Assembly: GCF_000007145.1 (NCBI RefSeq)
Contig: NC_003902.1
Coordinates: 2,636,497-2,668,496 of the forward strand
Origin: Xanthomonas campestris pv. campestris str. ATCC 33913
GTDB taxonomy: Bacteria > Pseudomonadota > Gammaproteobacteria > Xanthomonadales > Xanthomonadaceae
DNA: 32,000 bases
Direction: 5' to 3'
Made by a program: the position numbers and the translations under genes. Every line of letters begins with the position of its first letter. The first letter of the stretch is position 1. This document shows, one piece after another, positions 27,555-32,000 of this stretch. The notes beneath the pieces were generated by a model. It made no database searches. It was not told the DNA's origin and saw only the letters and a list, made by a program, of their open reading frames with translations.

Positions 27555-27847
27555 CTTCGATTCCTGACTAGGCGCATGTCTCTGCGGGTGCGTCAGTCTG
27601 GAAGCCGGCATGCCCACGGCATGTGACGACGTGCGCCGTTGCATGCCGCGTGGGCCTGCATGGTTGCGTGGCACTGCCGTTGTGCAAACGCATATTCGCG
27701 TTGCCCAGCAGTGCGTTGTTGCGACGCGCGCACAGTGCAAAGCGTGACCCCGGCGAAGCTCTTGCACATTGCCGCTGCTGCACGCCGCCGCCAAGCGGCC
27801 GCGGCAGTAGCATCGCCGCACCGCGCATGCGGTGCCAGCACGTTTGC

Positions 27848-27872
27848 TTCGCAAGCCAGTGGTGTGCCTCGC
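27848..27872 (+). promoter_or_regulatory. imperfect PIP-box-like motif TTCGC-N15-CTCGC upstream of the pectinesterase
   Basis: ttcgc aagccagtggtgtgc ctcgc, with one mismatch to TTCGB-N15-TTCGB. It ends 89 nt before the ATG at 27961. Confidence 0.3.
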
Positions 27873-27960
27873 CTGCGTCTGCGTTGCCAGCACGCGGCGC
27901 ACCGCTGGTGTTTGGCGTTTGCCATCCGGCAAGCGCATCCTCTCTGGAGAGCGTCATCCC

Positions 27961-29166
27961 ATGTCTGCATCGCATATCCGCACCACCTGCCTCGCCACCG
28001 CGCTGCTGAGCCTGATCAGCCTTGATGCTGCTGCCCTTACCGGCACCGCCAGCCGCCCGCAGCTCACCAGCAGCGAAGCAGGCACGTATACGATCAGCAA
28101 GGCGCTCGCCAAGGCCGGCCCGATCACAGCGTTGGTGACCGACAACTGGAACCCCACCGCCGGCGTGGCGCTGCTGACCGCCGACTTTGCAGTTGCCGCC
28201 GACGGCTCCACCCGTTATCGCACGGTGCAATCGGCAATCGACGCGGCGGTGGCCGCCGGTGGCAGCACGCGCCGCTACATCAGCGTCAAGGCCGGCACCT
28301 ACACCGAGCTGGTGTGCGTGCCGAGCGGTGCACCGCCACTGACCCTGTTCGGGCTTGGCAGCGCCACGACCGACACCGTCATCCGCTACAACAATGCCAA
28401 CCCCACGCCCAAGCCAACCGGCACCGCAAGTCACCCCTGCGCCAGCAATGCGTCAGCCGCCACAGTGGGCACTTCCAATAGCGCGACGGTTACCGTACGT
28501 GCCAGCGGCTTCCAGGCGCGGCATCTGCGCTTCGACAATAACTATGTCGAAGGCACTTACGCCGACAACAATCAATCGGCAGTGGCACTGGCCGTGCGCG
28601 GCGACCAGGCCAGCTTCGAGGACGTGCTGGTCACCGGCAACCAGGACACCTTGCTGATCAGCGCGACCAACGCCGCCAACGTGATCCGCGCGTATTTCAA
28701 GAGCAGCACGATCGAAGGCGATGTCGATTTCATCTTCGGGTCCGGCATCGGCGTGTTCGACAACGCAATCATTCGCTCGGCCGGCGCGCGCCTGGGCAGC
28801 AGCCGTGGTGGCTACATCTTCGCGCCAAGCACGCGCCCGGGCAGCGGCTACGGCTTTCTGGCGATCAACAGCCGCTTCGTAGCGGGCTCCGGTTCGCCGG
28901 ACAATCAAACCTACCTCGGGCGCGCATGGGACGAAGGCGTTAGTGGCCTGTCCGCGTACGTCAACGGCACCTCGCCCAATGGCCAGGTGACCATCCGCGA
29001 TTCCACGCTGGGCAGCCACATCCGCAAGACCGCGCCATGGAATGCCTCCACCGCCAGCCGCCCGTTCTGCAGCAGGAACTGCACCAACTCGGCCAACCGC
29101 TTTTTTTCGAATACGGCAACAGCGGTGCTGGCAGTGCCGACTGATCCAGGCCGCAGCGTTCGATAG
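27961..29166 (+). CDS. pectinesterase, CE8 family (401 aa as encoded)
   Basis: ORF 27832..29166. I chose the ATG at 27961, which gives a signal-like N-terminus (MSASHIRTTCLATALLSLISLDAAA). CE8 motifs are present: GNQDTLL, GDVDFIFGSG and YLGRAWD. The C-terminal 19 aa follow a T7 tract and look out of frame (see findings). Confidence 0.88.
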   Translation: MSASHIRTTCLATALLSLISLDAAALTGTASRPQLTSSEAGTYTISKALAKAGPITALVTDNWNPTAGVALLTADFAVAADGSTRYRTVQSAIDAAVAAGGSTRRYISVKAGTYTELVCVPSGAPPLTLFGLGSATTDTVIRYNNANPTPKPTGTASHPCASNASAATVGTSNSATVTVRASGFQARHLRFDNNYVEGTYADNNQSAVALAVRGDQASFEDVLVTGNQDTLLISATNAANVIRAYFKSSTIEGDVDFIFGSGIGVFDNAIIRSAGARLGSSRGGYIFAPSTRPGSGYGFLAINSRFVAGSGSPDNQTYLGRAWDEGVSGLSAYVNGTSPNGQVTIRDSTLGSHIRKTAPWNASTASRPFCSRNCTNSANRFFSNTATAVLAVPTDPGRSVR

Positions 29167-29643
29167 CAGCGTCGGCCGCCGGTACGCGTGTTTGCGCGTG
29201 CCGGCGGCGGCGCCAGCGCAGTGGATCTGCTTCGCTAACAGGTGATCTGCCTCGCTGTGATTACGCGGCGAGTGCAACGAATATCGAAGCGGGTACTGAA
29301 CTCACATAACGGCGCCGGGCTTGCTGTTAGGTGGAGCACCAAGGCAATGAGTACGGCTTGTTGCCTTAGCGCCAGCCGTTTGATGCCGCGCGAGAGGGCA
29401 ATTAGATGGAGGCAGTGCGACCGCAACGCGACATGCGCTTTTGCGATTAGCGCTTCGCAGACATCGAGACGTCGTGCACCTCCATGCGTGTGGTGAGATA
29501 GATCTCGCAGCGCTCTCCGCGGTAAGCCATCCGTAGCGCAGGACTGGCAGCGCCGCGGCCGGCAACTGCGCGCACGTCTAAGCATCAGCTCGGCACGCAG
29601 GCTGCCGCCTCCACGCCAACACCTCATCAGACCTGGCACTCAC

Positions 29644-29668
29644 TTCGGCTTGGCGGTGCCGACTTCGC
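29644..29668 (+). promoter_or_regulatory. PIP box (HrpX-type plant-inducible promoter element), perfect TTCGB-N15-TTCGB
   Basis: ttcgg cttggcggtgccgac ttcgc. I counted the spacer as exactly 15 nt. The motif ends 240 nt upstream of the polygalacturonase ATG. Confidence 0.55.
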
Positions 29669-29908
29669 CTGCCGGTTTCCGAGCGCCAGACAAACGCGCG
29701 ATGGTGACGTGCCATCCGACCAGTCATGCATACGATCAATCATGCGACTCGCATCCGCGCTGCACTGTGCATCTCTCGCATGAGGTGAGCAGTGCACTGC
29801 GCAAATCCAGCGTGGCGTGCCATCGCAGCGACCTGCGCTTATTCCTTGCAGCACGCATCGCATCCCTTTTGTCACCTCTCTCCCACTTCCCTCCCCCCGG
29901 AACCGCCG

Positions 29909-31579
29909 ATGCAACCGCACCCTCGCCTTCCCGCGCTCGCGCCACTCTCGCTCGCACTCCTCGGCCTTGCCACGTTTCAGGCCAGCGCAGCACGCCCGCA
30001 TGGGCTAGACGTTGCCGATACCGCGCACAGCATCTCCACCAGTTGGGGTGTCGTGCAGCAGCCCGCGCTCCCCAGCCAGGTCTGCACAACGCTCAAGGCT
30101 GCGCTGGTGCCGGTTGCCGGCTCGCTGGATGCGCTCGACCAGGATCCCACCCAATCCAAACGCGACACCGCACGCCTGCAGGCCGCCATCGACGATTGCC
30201 CTGCCGGCAGCGCGGTGCGTCTGGTGGTCGGCGATGGCGGAGAATCCGGCCTGTTGAGCGGCCCGCTCACCATCAAGAGCGGCGTGACGTTGTGGATCGA
30301 TCGCGGCGTGACCTTGTTCGGCTCGCGCAATCCGCAGGATTACGACAATGGCCTGGGCACCTGCGGCACCGCCACCACCGACAAGGCCAAGTCCTGCAAC
30401 CCGTTGATCCACGTCGCCGACACTGCCAAGAGCGCCATCGTGGGCGCCGGCAAGATCGACGGCCGCGGTGGCAGCACGCTCACCGCGGGACCGAATGCCG
30501 GCAAGGCCAGCTGGTGGGATCTGGCCTATCTCAACGTCACCAAGGGCCTGAGCCAGCACGTGCCACGGCTGCTGCAGATCGATGACAGCACCGACTTCAC
30601 GCTGTACGACATCACCCTGGAAAACTCGCCCAATTTCCACGTCACCACCGACAACGTGGTGGGCCTGACCGCCTGGGGCATCAAGATCCTGGCACCTAGC
30701 CTGGTGTATTCGCGCCCCGGCTACCACTGCCCTGCCGGCAGCACCCCGGACGTCAATCCGCACGCCAGCTGCTTCACCCCGGAAACCGCCAAGAACACCG
30801 ACGGCTTCGACCCTGGCCAATCCAAGAACGTGCTGCTGGCGTACTCGTATATCGGTACCGGCGATGACGGCGTGGCGATCAAGGCGCATGCCAAAAACAA
30901 GCGCAGCATCGCCTCGGAAAACATGCTGTTCGCCTACAACCAGTTCTACTACACGCACGGTTTTTCGCTCGGCAGCGAAACCGATTCGGGGATGCGCCAT
31001 ATCGCCGTGCGCGGCTTGAGCATCGACGGCTTCAACGCCAACGACGTGCAGCGCGATCCCTACTCGGCCAATGGCCTGCGTATCAAGTCCGATGCTTCGC
31101 GCGGCGGCCAGGTCTACGACATCAGATTCGAGAACATCTGCATGCGCGGGGTTGCGCGGCCGCTGGTATTCGACGCCAACTACGCCAACCCGGCCACACG
31201 CGACCAGTTGCCGCGGTTCAGCGGCATTGCACTGACCAATGTGCACTCCCTGGGTTCCAAGGCCTTCGGTGGCGGCGAATTGAGCTTCTACGGCTATCGC
31301 GATGCGACCACCACCCTGCCCATCACCATGTCGCTGGACAACGTGGTGCTCGACGGCGGCCCGGTCGCCTTTGCGCAGCCGCATTTTGGTGGACCGGCCA
31401 GCAACCCGGGCGCGGTGCACTTCACCTTCAAAGGCGGGCCGGTGAGCTTCTTTGATCAGCTCACCGAGTCGGCGGCCAACGATGTGCAGTTGCAGGGCCG
31501 GCCCGGGCCGGGCGCGCCGTTGCAATGCGACGATGCCTTCATTGCGTACCACAGCGTGCTGCCCGACTCACCGATCTAA
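29909..31579 (+). CDS. polygalacturonase, GH28 family, secreted (556 aa)
   Basis: ORF 29792..31579. I chose the ATG at 29909, which gives a signal peptide (MQPHPRLPALAPLSLALLGLATFQASA). GH28 motifs are present: NTDGFDP, GDDGVAIK, THGFSLGSE and GLRIKSD. Confidence 0.9.
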   Translation: MQPHPRLPALAPLSLALLGLATFQASAARPHGLDVADTAHSISTSWGVVQQPALPSQVCTTLKAALVPVAGSLDALDQDPTQSKRDTARLQAAIDDCPAGSAVRLVVGDGGESGLLSGPLTIKSGVTLWIDRGVTLFGSRNPQDYDNGLGTCGTATTDKAKSCNPLIHVADTAKSAIVGAGKIDGRGGSTLTAGPNAGKASWWDLAYLNVTKGLSQHVPRLLQIDDSTDFTLYDITLENSPNFHVTTDNVVGLTAWGIKILAPSLVYSRPGYHCPAGSTPDVNPHASCFTPETAKNTDGFDPGQSKNVLLAYSYIGTGDDGVAIKAHAKNKRSIASENMLFAYNQFYYTHGFSLGSETDSGMRHIAVRGLSIDGFNANDVQRDPYSANGLRIKSDASRGGQVYDIRFENICMRGVARPLVFDANYANPATRDQLPRFSGIALTNVHSLGSKAFGGGELSFYGYRDATTTLPITMSLDNVVLDGGPVAFAQPHFGGPASNPGAVHFTFKGGPVSFFDQLTESAANDVQLQGRPGPGAPLQCDDAFIAYHSVLPDSPI

Positions 31580-31605
31580 GCAACGCGGTGTCTGCATGCC
31601 TGTGG

Positions 31606-31634
31606 CGCTGCTGTGGCCGGCCTGGCCGCAGCAG
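31606..31634. terminator. hairpin between convergent polygalacturonase and right-edge ORF (possible terminator)
   Basis: gctgctgtggcc (31606-31617) / ggccgcagcagc (31623-31634) forms a 12-bp stem with one mismatch. The T-tract is weak (ggttattcatt). Confidence 0.4.
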
Positions 31635-31641
31635 CGGTTAT

Positions 31642-32000
31642 TCATTCGGCGCCGCTGGCTGCGCGCCAGCTGTGCCAGAGCTGCTGCATCGGTGGCGCAT
31701 AGGCCGTGCGACCGGCCAACTCGCGCTGCAGGCGCAGCCGCGCCAGACGCGACCAGACCCGATGTGGCCTGGCCAGCGCCGCCTTGCGTGGCCACGCGCG
31801 CAACAGCTGCGCACGCCAGGCCGGCGCACCGACGCCACCCGGCGCGGCACTGTCGCCGGCCACACGCTGGCGCGCATCCAGCCATTGCACCACCACGGCC
31901 GTGGCATCGCTGCTGCGTGTGCGTGCGAAGACCACCGCTTCCACCGCCACCACCGCTTCGGCAAATGCCTGCAGCCGCGCCATGGCCTGCGCCAGGTCGT
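31642..32000 (-). CDS. 3' part of an unidentified protein-coding gene (continues beyond the window)
   Basis: ORF 31642..31983. The frame stays open to the window edge, and nearly all third codon positions are G/C, as in the confident genes. I see no recognisable motif. Confidence 0.4.
   Translation of the reverse strand, partial: DLAQAMARLQAFAEAVVAVEAVVFARTRSSDATAVVVQWLDARQRVAGDSAAPGGVGAPAWRAQLLRAWPRKAALARPHRVWSRLARLRLQRELAGRTAYAPPMQQLWHSWRAASGAE

Noticed and set aside
29231-29255. Second TTCGC-N15-CTCGC PIP-like pattern just after the pectinesterase stop
   Set aside because: It has one mismatch, lies 650 nt from the next start codon, and is immediately downstream of a gene. It is more likely background, and I kept it only as a caution on the similar motif at 27848.
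30005-31552. 515-aa minus-strand ORF
   Set aside because: It is antisense to the GH28 polygalacturonase, whose plus-strand translation carries all the family motifs. The antisense translation is Ala/Gly/Arg/Val-rich with no recognisable domain.

Overview
Very GC-rich gammaproteobacterial chromosome segment. Gene content and repeat families point to Xanthomonas (Xanthomonadaceae); the species cannot be determined from sequence alone. Positions 31-11671, all on the minus strand, form a 12-gene arginine/proline biosynthesis array of the acetylcitrulline type: argF', OsmC-like, argG, argE, bifunctional argA/B, GNAT, argC, argH, cupin, YciI-like, proB, proA. Next come an exported hypothetical protein, cysS, sufE, an MFS transporter, a decayed S41-peptidase pseudogene, an unusually long DksA, and a coupled yidD / dihydroorotase / M23-peptidase trio. 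After those lie a minimal ethanolamine module (eat-eutB-eutC), three small minus-strand genes (DUF-like, MBL-fold hydrolase, PNPOx-like stress protein) and a pectinolytic pair (CE8 pectinesterase, GH28 polygalacturonase). A partial unknown ORF sits at the right edge. Intergenic space holds at least three families of palindromic REP-like elements, two roughly 300-bp degenerate tandem duplications and three short tandem-repeat arrays (8-mer, 7-mer, 5-mer). I found no rRNA, tRNA, CRISPR array, intact IS or prophage, or recognisable defence system, and no convincing evidence for a wholly new multi-gene system. The points most worth follow-up are listed here. (1) Four uncharacterised genes are translationally coupled inside the arg array. 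(2) The S41 pseudogene is frameshifted by an octanucleotide repeat expansion. (3) A T7 tract puts the conserved C-terminus of the pectinesterase out of frame. (4) A perfect PIP (HrpX) box lies upstream of the polygalacturonase. (5) DksA carries a histone-H1/AlgP-like N-terminal tail and a degenerate zinc finger. All homology statements come from reading the translations by eye and from memory of family motifs; no database search was run.
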